This document shows positions 1 to 9,550 of a DNA stretch of 40,268 nt, in pieces. The first letter of the stretch is position 1, and the number at the start of each line of letters is the position of its first letter. Location: positions 16,647 through 56,914 of the forward strand of contig VIKJ01000001.1 of assembly GCA_008080615.1 (NCBI GenBank), read 5' to 3'. The translations under genes were made by a program, and so were the position numbers. The notes below the pieces were generated by a model. It searched no databases. It was given only the letters and a program-made list of their open reading frames with translations, and had not been told where the DNA came from. This stretch comes from Chitinophagaceae bacterium (GTDB lineage: Bacteria > Bacteroidota > Bacteroidia > Chitinophagales > Chitinophagaceae).

Positions 1-278
1 CTGGCCAAAGTATGATGCTGATTTTTTTTAACCAGTTCTTGAATGGCCTGTACAATATATTCAGCTGTAAAATAGGTGGGTGGTTTAAATTTCAAGAGTT
101 CTAGTGAATGAAAAAGCCTTTCAAGATGAAGTTGCTGCAACATCACTTGGCCATTTTTCCATTTCATGGTTTCAAAAAATCCATCCCCATACCTGAAAGA
201 ACGGTTATCAGGAGAAATTAACAATTTATCGGAACGAAGGAATTTACCATCATGAAAAAGAAATAAGGCCTTTGGCAT
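1..278 (-). CDS. Aminotransferase class IV (branched-chain aminotransferase / aminodeoxychorismate lyase family), 5' part only, runs off the window
   Basis: Not in the ORF track. Manual translation from the ATG at 278 gives MPKALFLFHDGKFLRSDKLLISPDNRSFRYGDGFFETMKWKNGQVMLQQLHLERLFHSL..., open to the window edge. The RSFRYGDGFFETM and HLERL motifs are typical of PLP fold-IV enzymes. Confidence 0.85.
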   Translation of the reverse strand, partial: MPKALFLFHDGKFLRSDKLLISPDNRSFRYGDGFFETMKWKNGQVMLQQLHLERLFHSLELLKFKPPTYFTAEYIVQAIQELVKKNQHHTLA

Positions 279-283
279 AGCTA

Positions 284-291
284 CAAAGATA
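284..291 (-). promoter_or_regulatory. Bacteroidota -7 promoter element (TATCTTTG) for the aminotransferase
   Basis: Exact TAnnTTTG match 5 nt upstream of the ATG at 278. Confidence 0.55.
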
Positions 292-326
292 GAATGAAGG
301 TAAATTCGCTAATAGAAATTATTTAT

Positions 327-1427
327 ATGAAAATAAGCCAGGTTATACAATTTTTAGAAACAAAAGCCCCTCTTGCATATCAAGAACAATATGATAATAG
401 TGGGTTATTAACTGGCAATGCGCAAAACGAATGCGCTGGCATTATTTGTACACTCGACGCAACAGTTGAAGTAATTCGAGAGGCAAAAGAAAGGGGCTGT
501 AATTTGGTGGTTGCCCATCACCCAATCGTTTTCAAAGGACTCACTAAAATCACTGGAAAGAATTATGTAGAACAAGCTTTGATTGAAGCAATCAAAAATG
601 ATATTGCCATTTATGCCATCCACACCAATTTAGATAATATGGCCGATGGGGTAAATTTTGCTATCGCCGAGAAAATGGGCCTAATCAACACCCGTATATT
701 GGTTCCAAAAAGAAATGAGTTGATTAAGCTGATCACGTTTGCGCCAACTGCAGTTGCAGAAAAAGTTCGCCAAGCATTATTCAATGCGGGGGCTGGAAAT
801 ATTGGCGAATACAGTGAAACCAGCTTTAATACTGATGGGTTGGGTACTTACAAAGGCTCAGCAATATCTAACCCAACCATTGGCAAACCCGGAGTAAAAC
901 AGGTTGAGCCAGAAACCAGAATTGAAGTGATTTTACCCAGCTATTTGCAACAAACCGTATTAAATGCCCTTTTCGAAGCCCATATTTACGAAGAAGTGGC
1001 CTATGATCTGGTACCCTTATTAAACGAAAATCGATTAATTGGTAGCGGCATGATTGGCGAGTTGCCAACAGAAATGGCTGAAACTGCTTTTTTAAGTCTT
1101 TTGAAGGAAAAATTTGGTCTTTCTGTAATAAAACATACCCCATTATTGGGGAAACATATTAAAAAAATTGCCCTTTGTGGGGGTGCAGGCAGCTTTTTAA
1201 TACCCCATGCAAGGGCTGCTGGGGCTGATTTTTACGTTAGTTCGGATATCAAATACCATGAATTTTTTGATGCTGAAAACCAACTGGTAGTGGCTGATAT
1301 TGGGCATTGGGAAAGTGAACAATACACTACCCACCTGCTTTTTGCGCTTTTAACCGCTAAATTCCCTAACTTTGCCGTCCTTAAAACGGCGATTAATACC
1401 AATCCGGTACGCTATTTTTTAGGGTAA
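327..1427 (+). CDS. Nif3-like dinuclear metal center protein (YbgI/YqfO family) with PII-like insertion
   Basis: Motifs YDNSGL, AHHPIVF, HTNLD, HIYEEVAYD and GHWESE. The likely start is the ATG at 327 (MKISQVIQFLE) rather than 294. Confidence 0.92.
   Translation: MKISQVIQFLETKAPLAYQEQYDNSGLLTGNAQNECAGIICTLDATVEVIREAKERGCNLVVAHHPIVFKGLTKITGKNYVEQALIEAIKNDIAIYAIHTNLDNMADGVNFAIAEKMGLINTRILVPKRNELIKLITFAPTAVAEKVRQALFNAGAGNIGEYSETSFNTDGLGTYKGSAISNPTIGKPGVKQVEPETRIEVILPSYLQQTVLNALFEAHIYEEVAYDLVPLLNENRLIGSGMIGELPTEMAETAFLSLLKEKFGLSVIKHTPLLGKHIKKIALCGGAGSFLIPHARAAGADFYVSSDIKYHEFFDAENQLVVADIGHWESEQYTTHLLFALLTAKFPNFAVLKTAINTNPVRYFLG
1367..1374 (+). promoter_or_regulatory. Internal -7 promoter element (TAACTTTG) within the nif3 3' end
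   Basis: Exact TAnnTTTG, with TTTG at 1341-1344 as a candidate -33; lies ~75 nt before the next gene. Confidence 0.45.
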
Positions 1428-1447
1428 TCTCAAACTACAAACTATAT

Positions 1448-2203
1448 ATGGCATCTGTAAAAGATTTCTCGGTTGAAGAAAAATTGGTAAACCTACTGCG
1501 TTTACAAAAGATCGATAGTAAGTTAGATGAAATTCAAATTCTAAAAGGTGAGCTTCCTATGGAAGTAAGTGATTTGGAAGATGAAATTCAAGGTTTAACA
1601 AGTCGCCAAACTCGTATTGAAGAAGAAATCAATGGTATCAGCGAATTCATTGAAGGCAAGAAAAATGCCATCAAAGATAGCGAGGCCATGATTGCTAAAT
1701 ACGAAAAGCAAAGTGACAATGTAAAGAACAATCGTGAGTTCGAAGCAATCAATAAGGAAGTAGAAATGCAGCAGCTAGAAGTTAAACTAGCCGAGAAGCA
1801 TATCCGTGATGCAAACGAAGAATTAACTGAAAAAGTAAAAGCACTAGAAATTGCTAAGAAGCAAGTTGGGATTAAAGAAGGTGTTTTGAATCATAAGAAA
1901 GGCGAATTAGAAAAAATTATCGCTGATACAGAAAAGGAAGAAAACGCATTGAACAAAGTAAGTGCAGATGCTCGTGCCCATATTGATGAGCGTTTAATTT
2001 ACAGTTATGACCGTATTCGTAAGAGTTATAGAAACGGATTAGCTGTTGTTCCTGTTGAGCGTGATGCTTGTGGCGGATGTTTCAATTCAATCCCTCCTCA
2101 ACGTCAAAGTGAAATTCGCTTGCACAAAAAAATCATCGTATGTGAAAACTGCGGAAGAATTTTAGTGGATTCAGATTTGAATGATACTGTTGAAGCAAAA
2201 TAA
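1448..2203 (+). CDS. C4-type zinc-ribbon / coiled-coil protein (DUF164, CT398-like)
   Basis: Long coiled coil followed by CGGC...CENCGRIL; this family is commonly located downstream of nif3. Confidence 0.9.
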   Translation: MASVKDFSVEEKLVNLLRLQKIDSKLDEIQILKGELPMEVSDLEDEIQGLTSRQTRIEEEINGISEFIEGKKNAIKDSEAMIAKYEKQSDNVKNNREFEAINKEVEMQQLEVKLAEKHIRDANEELTEKVKALEIAKKQVGIKEGVLNHKKGELEKIIADTEKEENALNKVSADARAHIDERLIYSYDRIRKSYRNGLAVVPVERDACGGCFNSIPPQRQSEIRLHKKIIVCENCGRILVDSDLNDTVEAK

Positions 2204-2225
2204 TATCACAAAAAATTACCAATAC

Positions 2226-2258
2226 AAAGGGTAGTCATATGGCTACCCTTTCTTATTT
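2226..2258 (+). terminator. Intrinsic terminator after the nif3/zinc-ribbon operon
   Basis: Hairpin AAAGGGTAGTC-ATAT-GGCTACCCTTT followed by a T-rich tract (cttatttt). Confidence 0.7.
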
Positions 2259-2268
2259 TCGGGCCGTG

Positions 2269-3756
2269 ATGAAGCAAATATTTTTGTTGTTTGGTTGGAT
2301 GCTGATTGCGGTAACCTGCATTGGGCAAAAAGTATTTGATTTCAATACAACCTGCATATTGGGCTATCAAGAAATTAGCAAGCTCAAAATAAAATCAGGC
2401 ATCCAGTTTATAGACAAAGCAAAGCAACAAAATCCACAAAATCTTATACCTGTATTATTAGAGAGTTATAGTGATTTCTACACCCTTTTTTTAAATGAGG
2501 ATCCTACAGATTACGAAGCCTTATATCCACATTTTCAACAAAGAATAGATCAATTACAAGAAGGCCCAAAATCTTCTCCATTCTATTTGTATTCACAAGC
2601 CATTTTAAGAATCCAGCGTGCCGGAGTATCTGTAAAATTTGGGCACTTATGGGATGCTGGTTGGGATTTTAGAAAGGCCTACTTATTGCTAAAAGAAAAT
2701 AAAAAACAATTTCCAACATTCACGCCCAACGATTTAATGTACGGAACCTTACAGGCCGTTCTTGGAACTACCCCAAAAGGTTATAAATGGTTAATTAATA
2801 TATTGGGAATGAAGGGCTCTCTTACCGAAGGGATGAAACTAGTGAAGAGCTTTGCTTACAGCAATGACCCATGGGCAAAAATATTTTTTAATGACGCCGC
2901 TATCATTTACCCATACCTCCAATTCTTTTTTGAAAATAAAAAAGAAGAAGCATTGGCATTTACCCAGCAAAAAAAAATAGACCTAATTAATAATCATTTG
3001 CAAGCCTATATGGCCAGTAATTTGGCATTAAATATTAAACAAATAGAACTGTCTAAATCCATAATTCAAAATAGAAACAAATCGGATGAATATTTAAAAG
3101 TGAGTGTTTGGGATTTTGAAATGGGTTATGCAAAATTGTATCATTTAGAATTAACAGAAGCTAAGCAATACTTTGAACAATTCACCCAGCAATTCAAGGG
3201 CAGGTTTTATGTTAAAGATGTTTATCAAAAAATAAGTTGGATATATTATTTACAAGGCAATTTTAAGCAGGCGGAAGAAAGCCGCAAGTTGGTTATCAAA
3301 AAAGGAGCTACAGATGCTGATGCAGACAAAAAAGCATTGAAAGATGCCAAAGCCCTCATTTGGCCCAATCCATTGTTATTGAAAGCCAGATTATTAAATG
3401 ATGGGGGCTATCATACAGAAGCCTATAAATTATTAGCTGGCAAAACAGAATATGATTTTGAAAAGGAAGCAGATAAATTAGAATTTGCATACCGAGCAGC
3501 AAGAATTTACGATGATTTGGGTAAAACGGATGAAGCCATTAAAGCGTACCTGATTACCATAAGGATAGGAAGCAACCGAAAGGAATATTTTGCTGCTCGA
3601 GCGGCCGTTCAAATTGCTCAGATTTATGAAGCCAGGGGTCAAAAAAGTTTGGCCATTCAGTATTATCAAAAATGCTTAGAAATGGAAGACCACGATTATA
3701 AAGATTCTTTAGATCAACGGGCAAAATCGGGCATCGCCAGATGTAAGGGAGAATAA
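2269..3756 (+). CDS. Exported tetratricopeptide-repeat protein
   Basis: Signal-peptide-like MKQIFLLFGWMLIAVTCIG|Q and TPR-like helices (AYRAARIYDDLGKTDEAIKAY; IAQIYEARGQKSLAIQYYQKC). The track start at 2239 lies inside the terminator hairpin, so 2269 is preferred. Confidence 0.75.
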   Translation: MKQIFLLFGWMLIAVTCIGQKVFDFNTTCILGYQEISKLKIKSGIQFIDKAKQQNPQNLIPVLLESYSDFYTLFLNEDPTDYEALYPHFQQRIDQLQEGPKSSPFYLYSQAILRIQRAGVSVKFGHLWDAGWDFRKAYLLLKENKKQFPTFTPNDLMYGTLQAVLGTTPKGYKWLINILGMKGSLTEGMKLVKSFAYSNDPWAKIFFNDAAIIYPYLQFFFENKKEEALAFTQQKKIDLINNHLQAYMASNLALNIKQIELSKSIIQNRNKSDEYLKVSVWDFEMGYAKLYHLELTEAKQYFEQFTQQFKGRFYVKDVYQKISWIYYLQGNFKQAEESRKLVIKKGATDADADKKALKDAKALIWPNPLLLKARLLNDGGYHTEAYKLLAGKTEYDFEKEADKLEFAYRAARIYDDLGKTDEAIKAYLITIRIGSNRKEYFAARAAVQIAQIYEARGQKSLAIQYYQKCLEMEDHDYKDSLDQRAKSGIARCKGE

Positions 3757-3846
3757 GTAATAGAAAAAAGTCTGCTAATTGTATACAGAAGCTTTACTAA
3801 CTTGCCCCTATAAAGAAAATCGTAAACCAACAAATTTTTAAAAGCA

Positions 3847-5313
3847 GTGCTGCGTAAACTCATCATACAGAACTATGCCATTATAGATGAAATCACTATT
3901 GATTTTTCTCAGCAGTTAAATATCATAACAGGAGAAACTGGCGCAGGTAAAAGTATTTTGATGGGCGCATTGAGTTTAATATTAGGTGAAAGAGCAGATA
4001 GTTCCGTTTTAGTGAACAATCAAAAAAAATGTTTTATAGAAGGCTATTTTAAAGCAGATCATAAAGCGGAAGTAATAGACTATTTAAAATTGCAAGAATT
4101 AGATATAGATGAAGATTTGGTGTTAAGAAGAGAAATTGCTACAAATGGAAAATCGAGGGCTTTTATTAATGATACACCGGCAACTTTACAGCAATTAAAA
4201 CATTTAGCAGGATTATTGGTAGACCTCCATCAGCAATTTGATACATTAGAACTAGGAGATAGTGATTTTCAAAGACAAGTGATTGACGCACTTGCAGGCA
4301 ATGAAGCAACGCTTTTATCTTACAGAACAGTTTATTTTAACTGGCAGCATATAACGAAAGAACTACAATCATTAAAAGAAGCCAAAGCTGCTTTTTTAAA
4401 AGAATTCGACTATCATCAGTTTTTATTCAATGAATTAGAAGAACTGAATTTAAAAGAGCATGAACTAGAAGAGTTAGAAGTAGAACTTAAAATGCTCAGC
4501 AATGCAGAAGGAATTAAAACCAATATAGATCTGGTTCAAAATAGTTTACACAATTCTGAACAGCCCATTGTTGGCCAGTTAAAACAATTGGGCAATCACT
4601 TGAATGCATTTGCAGCCTTACACCAAGAGCTTCCCGAATTGGTTGCAAGAATGAAAGCAACGCAGGTAGAATTACAAGATATTGCAGATGAGCTAGAAAA
4701 AATTAGCACCCATATTCAGTTTGATGAAAAGAGAATAGAATGGATCAATCAGCGAATGAGTGATGGCTACAAACTAGTAAAAAAACATGGTGTTCAAAAT
4801 AGCCATGATTTAATTCTTGGCATGCCCAATGCCAAAATACAAACACGCTTATTGCCTACTTCACTTCAAGAATATGGCAAGGAACAAATAGACCTTTTAT
4901 TTGATGCCAACAATAGCAATCGTTTTGAACCAATTAGAAAAGTAGCTAGTGGTGGTGAATTGAGCAGACTTATGCTTTGTATAAAATCACTGGTAGCAGA
5001 ATCGATTGATTTGCCCACCCTTATTTTTGATGAAATAGATACAGGTATTTCTGGTGAAGCTGCCAAACAGGTTGGATTGATTATGCAAAAGATGGCTGCC
5101 CAACGTCAAATTATCTGTATTACCCACCAACCACAAATAGCAGGTAAAGCCAATGCCCATTTTTATGTGTATAAAGAAAAGAAAGGCGAAATGGTTAAAA
5201 CCACTATTCGATTATTAGACAATGATGAACGAATAAAAGCCATTGCCAGCATGTTGAGCGGAGAAAAGCCCACAACTGCAGCTATGGAGAACGCTCGGGA
5301 AATGATGAATTGA
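3847..5313 (+). CDS. recN: DNA repair protein RecN, apparently with an internal in-frame deletion
   Basis: Walker A TGETGAGKS, signature ASGGELSR, FDEIDTGISG and ITHQPQIA. Only 488 aa versus the usual ~550. Confidence 0.93.
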   Translation: MLRKLIIQNYAIIDEITIDFSQQLNIITGETGAGKSILMGALSLILGERADSSVLVNNQKKCFIEGYFKADHKAEVIDYLKLQELDIDEDLVLRREIATNGKSRAFINDTPATLQQLKHLAGLLVDLHQQFDTLELGDSDFQRQVIDALAGNEATLLSYRTVYFNWQHITKELQSLKEAKAAFLKEFDYHQFLFNELEELNLKEHELEELEVELKMLSNAEGIKTNIDLVQNSLHNSEQPIVGQLKQLGNHLNAFAALHQELPELVARMKATQVELQDIADELEKISTHIQFDEKRIEWINQRMSDGYKLVKKHGVQNSHDLILGMPNAKIQTRLLPTSLQEYGKEQIDLLFDANNSNRFEPIRKVASGGELSRLMLCIKSLVAESIDLPTLIFDEIDTGISGEAAKQVGLIMQKMAAQRQIICITHQPQIAGKANAHFYVYKEKKGEMVKTTIRLLDNDERIKAIASMLSGEKPTTAAMENAREMMN

Positions 5314-5386
5314 GAATGGTTATTCGTATATTCGGCACTTCAAATTATGGTGTTAATTTAACTAACTAACGAATAAAAACATTTGT

Positions 5387-6211
5387 ATGGCTTACAATTT
5401 ACTAAAAGGGAAACGTGGTATAATTACCGGTGCTTTGGATGAAAATTCTATTGCATGGAAAGTAGCAGAAAAAGCACACGAAGAAGGTGCCATATTTGTT
5501 TTAACCAATGCGCCTATTGCCATGCGTATGGGAGAAATTAATAAGCTAGCAGAAAAAACGGGCTCTCAAATTATTCCTGCTGACGCAACTAATGTAGATG
5601 AATTAACCAATTTGTTTACTCAGTCTCAAGAAGTATTGGGAGGTAAATTAGATTTCGTTTTACATTCTATTGGTATGAGCGTAAACATTCGCAAAAAAAT
5701 TCCTTACACAGAATCTAATTATGAATATTTTATGAAAGGCATAGATGTATCTGCAATGTCATTTCATAAAATGCTGGCCGTTGCAAAAAAATTAGATGCG
5801 ATTAATGAGTGGGGCAGCGTTGTTGCATTAACCTATATGGCAGCACAGCGTACTTTTCCATTTTATACAGATATGGCAGATATCAAATCTATGCTAGAAT
5901 CTATTGCCAGGAGTTTTGGTTATCATTATGGATTAGAGAAAAAAGTAAGAATCAATACCGTTTCTCAATCTCCTACCAAAACTACTGCAGGTACTGGTAT
6001 CAAAGGCTTTGGAGACTTTTACGATTTTGCCAATGCTATTGCTCCTTTGGGTAATGCTAGTGCAGAAGATTGCGCCAACTATTGTATTACTTTATTCTCC
6101 GATTTAACCAGGATGGTAACCATGCAAAATTTATTTCATGATGGCGGATATTCTACCACAGGAGTAAGTATGGATGTGATGGAAAAATTAGGTATCGCCA
6201 ATCAAGAATAA
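5387..6211 (+). CDS. fabI: Enoyl-ACP reductase
   Basis: GKRGIITGALDENSIAW, LHSIG, YxxMxxxK (YTDMADIK) and HDGG motifs. Confidence 0.93.
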   Translation: MAYNLLKGKRGIITGALDENSIAWKVAEKAHEEGAIFVLTNAPIAMRMGEINKLAEKTGSQIIPADATNVDELTNLFTQSQEVLGGKLDFVLHSIGMSVNIRKKIPYTESNYEYFMKGIDVSAMSFHKMLAVAKKLDAINEWGSVVALTYMAAQRTFPFYTDMADIKSMLESIARSFGYHYGLEKKVRINTVSQSPTKTTAGTGIKGFGDFYDFANAIAPLGNASAEDCANYCITLFSDLTRMVTMQNLFHDGGYSTTGVSMDVMEKLGIANQE

Positions 6212-6237
6212 CCCAACTCATTTTTTAAAACTGTAAT

Positions 6238-6501
6238 ATGAATTTAGTAGAACTGTTAGGTTATTTTGGCGCATTCTTAAGTGCCATTACTTTCATACCA
6301 CAAGTATGGCAGGCTTGGAAAACTAAAAGCGTGGGAGACTTGAGTATTTGGATGATACTGATTGTAATCACCAGTTGTGTTGTATGGCTGGTTTACGCAG
6401 TGAATGTAAAAAGTGGGCCAGTGCTCGCTGCCAATTTAATCGTATTGGCTTTGTCTTTAGTACTGTTTTATTTTAAATTAACTTTTAAAAAGCAAGATTA
6501 A
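6238..6501 (+). CDS. SemiSWEET / PQ-loop family small transporter
   Basis: 87 aa with three hydrophobic helices; FIPQVWQAWKTKSVGDLS, WLVY and AN motifs. Confidence 0.88.
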   Translation: MNLVELLGYFGAFLSAITFIPQVWQAWKTKSVGDLSIWMILIVITSCVVWLVYAVNVKSGPVLAANLIVLALSLVLFYFKLTFKKQD

Positions 6502-6523
6502 TACATACCCTATTATACACAGC

Positions 6524-6553
6524 AAAAAGCCTCGATACAATCGGGGCTTTTTT
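6524..6553. terminator. Bidirectional intrinsic terminator
   Basis: AAAAAGCCTCGA-TACAA-TCGGGGCTTTTTT between convergent genes, with an A-run on one side and a T-run on the other. Confidence 0.8.
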
Positions 6554-6609
6554 ATTCAATGCTAATGTTTACATTATTGGTTGATCAATGAATGCAACAA
6601 TAGATTTAA

Positions 6610-6831
6610 TTAATATTCGTCTTCATTAAACATGAAGTCTTCCTGGCTTGGATAGTCGGGCCAGATGTCTTCAATACTTTCATACACTTCTCCCTCGTCG
6701 TCTAGCTCCTGCAGATTTTCAACTACTTCCAGCGGTGCACCGCTTCTAATTGAATAATCGATTAACTCATCCTTGGTAGCAGGCCAGGGAGCTTCTTCTA
6801 AATAACTTGCTAATTCTAAAGTCCAAAACAT
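6610..6831 (-). CDS. DUF2795 family small acidic protein
   Basis: MFWTLELASYLEEAPWPATKDELIDY...IWPDYP...FNEDEY is the conserved Bacteroidota form; -7 element TACTTTTG at 6851-6858. Confidence 0.88.
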   Translation of the reverse strand: MFWTLELASYLEEAPWPATKDELIDYSIRSGAPLEVVENLQELDDEGEVYESIEDIWPDYPSQEDFMFNEDEY

Positions 6832-6973
6832 AGTTTCCGATTATTTTTTGCAAAAGTAACCGTATAAATGATATCACCAAATGAGCGTTTACCCTTTGTG
6901 CAAAGAAATGTTTAAAAAATGCCTATTTAGGAGCATGGTTTTGTAGGTTTGTGGAGATAATCTTAGCAAATAA

Positions 6974-7624
6974 ATGCTCAAAGCAGAAAAAATAACCCGA
7001 AAATTTGGTGAAGTTCAAGTACTCAAGGGGGTAGATTTAACCATTCAAACAGGAGAAATTGTAAGTATTGTGGGTTCATCAGGGGCCGGTAAAAGTACTT
7101 TACTACATATTTTAGGTACCCTAGACAGGCCCGATTCGGGAAAAATTTGGTTGAATGACCAAGAAATAGGATTGCTTTCTGCTAAAAAATTGGCAGCTTT
7201 TCGCAATCAACAAATTGGCTTTATTTTCCAATTTCACCATTTGCTACCAGAGTTTGATGCGTTGGAAAATGTTTCTATACCCGGATGGATAGCAGGAACA
7301 TCTAAAACAGCAATTAAAGAACGCGCCCACCATTTATTGGATACGCTAGGGTTATCTCACAGAATGCATCATAAACCCCAGGAGCTATCGGGTGGAGAAC
7401 AGCAAAGAGTAGCTGTTGCCAGGGCTTTAATTAATCAACCCCAGATTGTTTTTGCCGATGAGCCAACAGGCAACCTCGATAGCCAAAATGCCAGAGAATT
7501 GCACCAGCTTTTTTTACAGTTAAATAAAGAAACAGGTACTTCCTTTTTAATTGTTACACATAACGAAGAATTGGCTGCACTTTGTGGTAGAACCTTGCAT
7601 ATGAAAGATGGGTTAATGCTTTAA
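6974..7624 (+). CDS. lolD: Lipoprotein-releasing-type ABC ATP-binding protein (LolD-like)
   Basis: GSSGAGKSTLLHILGTLD, FQFHHLLPEF, LSGGEQQRVA and ADEPTGNLD; -7 element TAGGTTTG at 6944-6951. Confidence 0.75.
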   Translation: MLKAEKITRKFGEVQVLKGVDLTIQTGEIVSIVGSSGAGKSTLLHILGTLDRPDSGKIWLNDQEIGLLSAKKLAAFRNQQIGFIFQFHHLLPEFDALENVSIPGWIAGTSKTAIKERAHHLLDTLGLSHRMHHKPQELSGGEQQRVAVARALINQPQIVFADEPTGNLDSQNARELHQLFLQLNKETGTSFLIVTHNEELAALCGRTLHMKDGLML

Positions 7625-8181
7625 ACGCGGGGCTTCCAAGGAATTTCAGGCACATTTAATTGATGGCTGAAAAAACGAGACAATACAAATAAATAATCGC
7701 TGAGTCTATTGAGGTATTTAATCACCAACGGCTCTACAAAAATATCTTGTTCTTGCATGTTAACACAACAGCGTTCTGCCCTCCTGCAAACACAACGAGC
7801 AATATGGGTTTGTGAAACAGCTAAATGTCCGCCAGGTAGTACAAAGAACTTCATAGGCGCTAACACATCATTCATATGATCTATCTCCCGCTCTAATAAA
7901 GTAATATCTTCTTCTTTTAAATCGGGAATCTTCATGAGGGGCTCTTTTTCTGGATCGCAAGCCAATGAAGAGCCAACCGTAAATAAGCGGTCTTGAATTT
8001 CTTTTAAAATGACTTTACTGTTTGCATCACCAGCATAATCGCCCACAACGCCAATCCAAGAATTGAGTTCATCTACTGTACCATAGGTATCTATGCGAAT
8101 ATGACTTTTGGGAACCTTGGTTCCGCCAATAAGAGAGGTTTTGCCTAAATCGCCTGTTTTGGTATAAATTTTTGTAGCCAT
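7621..8181 (-). CDS. PduO-type cob(I)alamin adenosyltransferase
   Basis: KIYTKTGDLGKT, YGTVDELNS, FVLPGG, RRAER and YLNRLSDYLF motifs; -7 element TAGTTTTG at 8204-8211. Confidence 0.93.
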   Translation of the reverse strand: MATKIYTKTGDLGKTSLIGGTKVPKSHIRIDTYGTVDELNSWIGVVGDYAGDANSKVILKEIQDRLFTVGSSLACDPEKEPLMKIPDLKEEDITLLEREIDHMNDVLAPMKFFVLPGGHLAVSQTHIARCVCRRAERCCVNMQEQDIFVEPLVIKYLNRLSDYLFVLSRFFSHQLNVPEIPWKPRV

Positions 8182-8234
8182 TTTAAATTTCTTGTAATGA
8201 GTACAAAACTAAACCAGAAAAGTTCAACAGAACG

Positions 8235-8951
8235 CTAAGCAGGATGATTTAAATATTGCTCTTTGGTTTTATCAGTTTCAACTAAACCATCCCTTAAACG
8301 AACAACTCGATGAGCATAAGCTGCAATATCTTCTTCATGGGTTACCAACACTACAGTATTGCCCGCTTCTTGAATTTTACCAAATATCTGCATTACATCT
8401 ACTGAAGTTTTAGAATCAAGGTTACCGGTTGGTTCATCCGCCAATAAAATAGAAGGATTGTTTACCAATGCTCGTGCAATGGCTACCCGTTGAATTTGAC
8501 CCCCGCTCAACTCATTCGATTTATGGTGACTACGATCTGCCAAACCCACTTTTTTTAGTGCTTCCATAGAACGCTCAATACGTTCTTTTTTAGAAACACC
8601 TGCATAAATCAATGGCAAGGCCACATTTTCTGCAGCAGTTAAACGAGGTAATAAATTAAACTGTTGAAATACAAATCCTATTTCGGTATTTCTAACTTCT
8701 GCCAAATCATCATCAGGCATTTTACTTACATCCTTACCATTTAGGATGTATCTTCCACCAGTAGGAGAATCTAGGCAACCCAAGATATTCATGAGTGTAC
8801 TCTTACCACTACCTGATGGCCCCATCAATGCCACATATTCATTGCGAAAAATATCTAAAGAAATTCCTTTCAATACAGTAATAGCTTGGCTACCCATGTA
8901 GTAGTCTTTCATGATATTGTCTAAATGTATAATTGATTCATTATTGGCCAT
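8235..8951 (-). CDS. ABC transporter ATP-binding protein (MacB/LolD/SalX type)
   Basis: [26 protein letters not shown] and [10 protein letters not shown] motifs. Confidence 0.9.
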   Translation of the reverse strand: MANNESIIHLDNIMKDYYMGSQAITVLKGISLDIFRNEYVALMGPSGSGKSTLMNILGCLDSPTGGRYILNGKDVSKMPDDDLAEVRNTEIGFVFQQFNLLPRLTAAENVALPLIYAGVSKKERIERSMEALKKVGLADRSHHKSNELSGGQIQRVAIARALVNNPSILLADEPTGNLDSKTSVDVMQIFGKIQEAGNTVVLVTHEEDIAAYAHRVVRLRDGLVETDKTKEQYLNHPA

Positions 8952-8959
8952 AGTATAAA

Positions 8960-9250
8960 TTATTTTTTTATTACAGTAGGTACTTTAAAATAGGTTCCAT
9001 CAGAAAGAGGTGCATTACGCATTGCCATATCTCTTGCAATTGACCCTGTTGGTTCATCTGCACGCCAAACATTGGCAGTGTCGCTCATAAACAGCAGGGG
9101 CTCCACTCCTGTTGTATTTAGTTCAGACAATTTCTCAATAAACCCTACCATGCTGGCTAGTTCTAACCGAATGGCTTCTTTCTTATCCTCCTCAAATTCT
9201 AATCGAGCTAGATGCGCCAGATGGTTGATCATTTTAGGGGTAATTTCCAT
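8960..9250 (-). CDS. gatC: Asp/Glu-tRNA amidotransferase subunit C
   Basis: [20 protein letters not shown] and NAP...YFKVP motifs. True start is the ATG at 9250 (MEITPKM), with -7 element TATTTTTG at 9257-9264. Confidence 0.9.
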   Translation of the reverse strand: MEITPKMINHLAHLARLEFEEDKKEAIRLELASMVGFIEKLSELNTTGVEPLLFMSDTANVWRADEPTGSIARDMAMRNAPLSDGTYFKVPTVIKK

Positions 9251-9446
9251 ATGGAACAAAAATAGCAGAAAGCATTTCAATATTGGGCTACTAAATTTTA
9301 AAAGGCAATTAAACAAAAGCAGCGGTTATTAGGCAATTTGTTCAACAAAATGGGCTAATTTTTGAATATTAACATTGTGTGAAGATTTATTTTTGAACAG
9401 AATGCTGAATTAGCTGTAAATTGATAGTACAAAATCCCCCCCGATT

Positions 9447-9527
9447 ATGCTAGTATATATCCTATTAGCTGTTTATCTGATTTGCTTATACATGGCATAC
9501 AGAGGCGCAGCTGTATCTGAGGAATAA
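9447..9527 (+). CDS. Putative 26-aa single-pass membrane peptide (MLVYILLAVYLICLYMAYRGAAVSEE)
   Basis: Below the ORF-track cutoff. ATG to TAA with 18 uncharged hydrophobic residues then a polar tail; followed by a terminator-like hairpin. Confidence 0.5.
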   Translation: MLVYILLAVYLICLYMAYRGAAVSEE

Positions 9528-9550
9528 CCCCCCTCTAAAAAACATTATTT

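Noticed and set aside
2269-3756. TPR protein as the missing BcsC-like scaffold of the glycan system
   Set aside because: It is over 8 kb away in a housekeeping neighbourhood and has no beta-barrel; nothing links it to the locus.
6513-6521. Single DnaA-box match TTATACACA
   Set aside because: It is isolated and lies between convergent genes next to a terminator; consistent with chance in AT-rich DNA.
8960-9250. gatC without adjacent gatA/gatB
   Set aside because: Dispersed gat genes are common; absence from this window says nothing about the genome.
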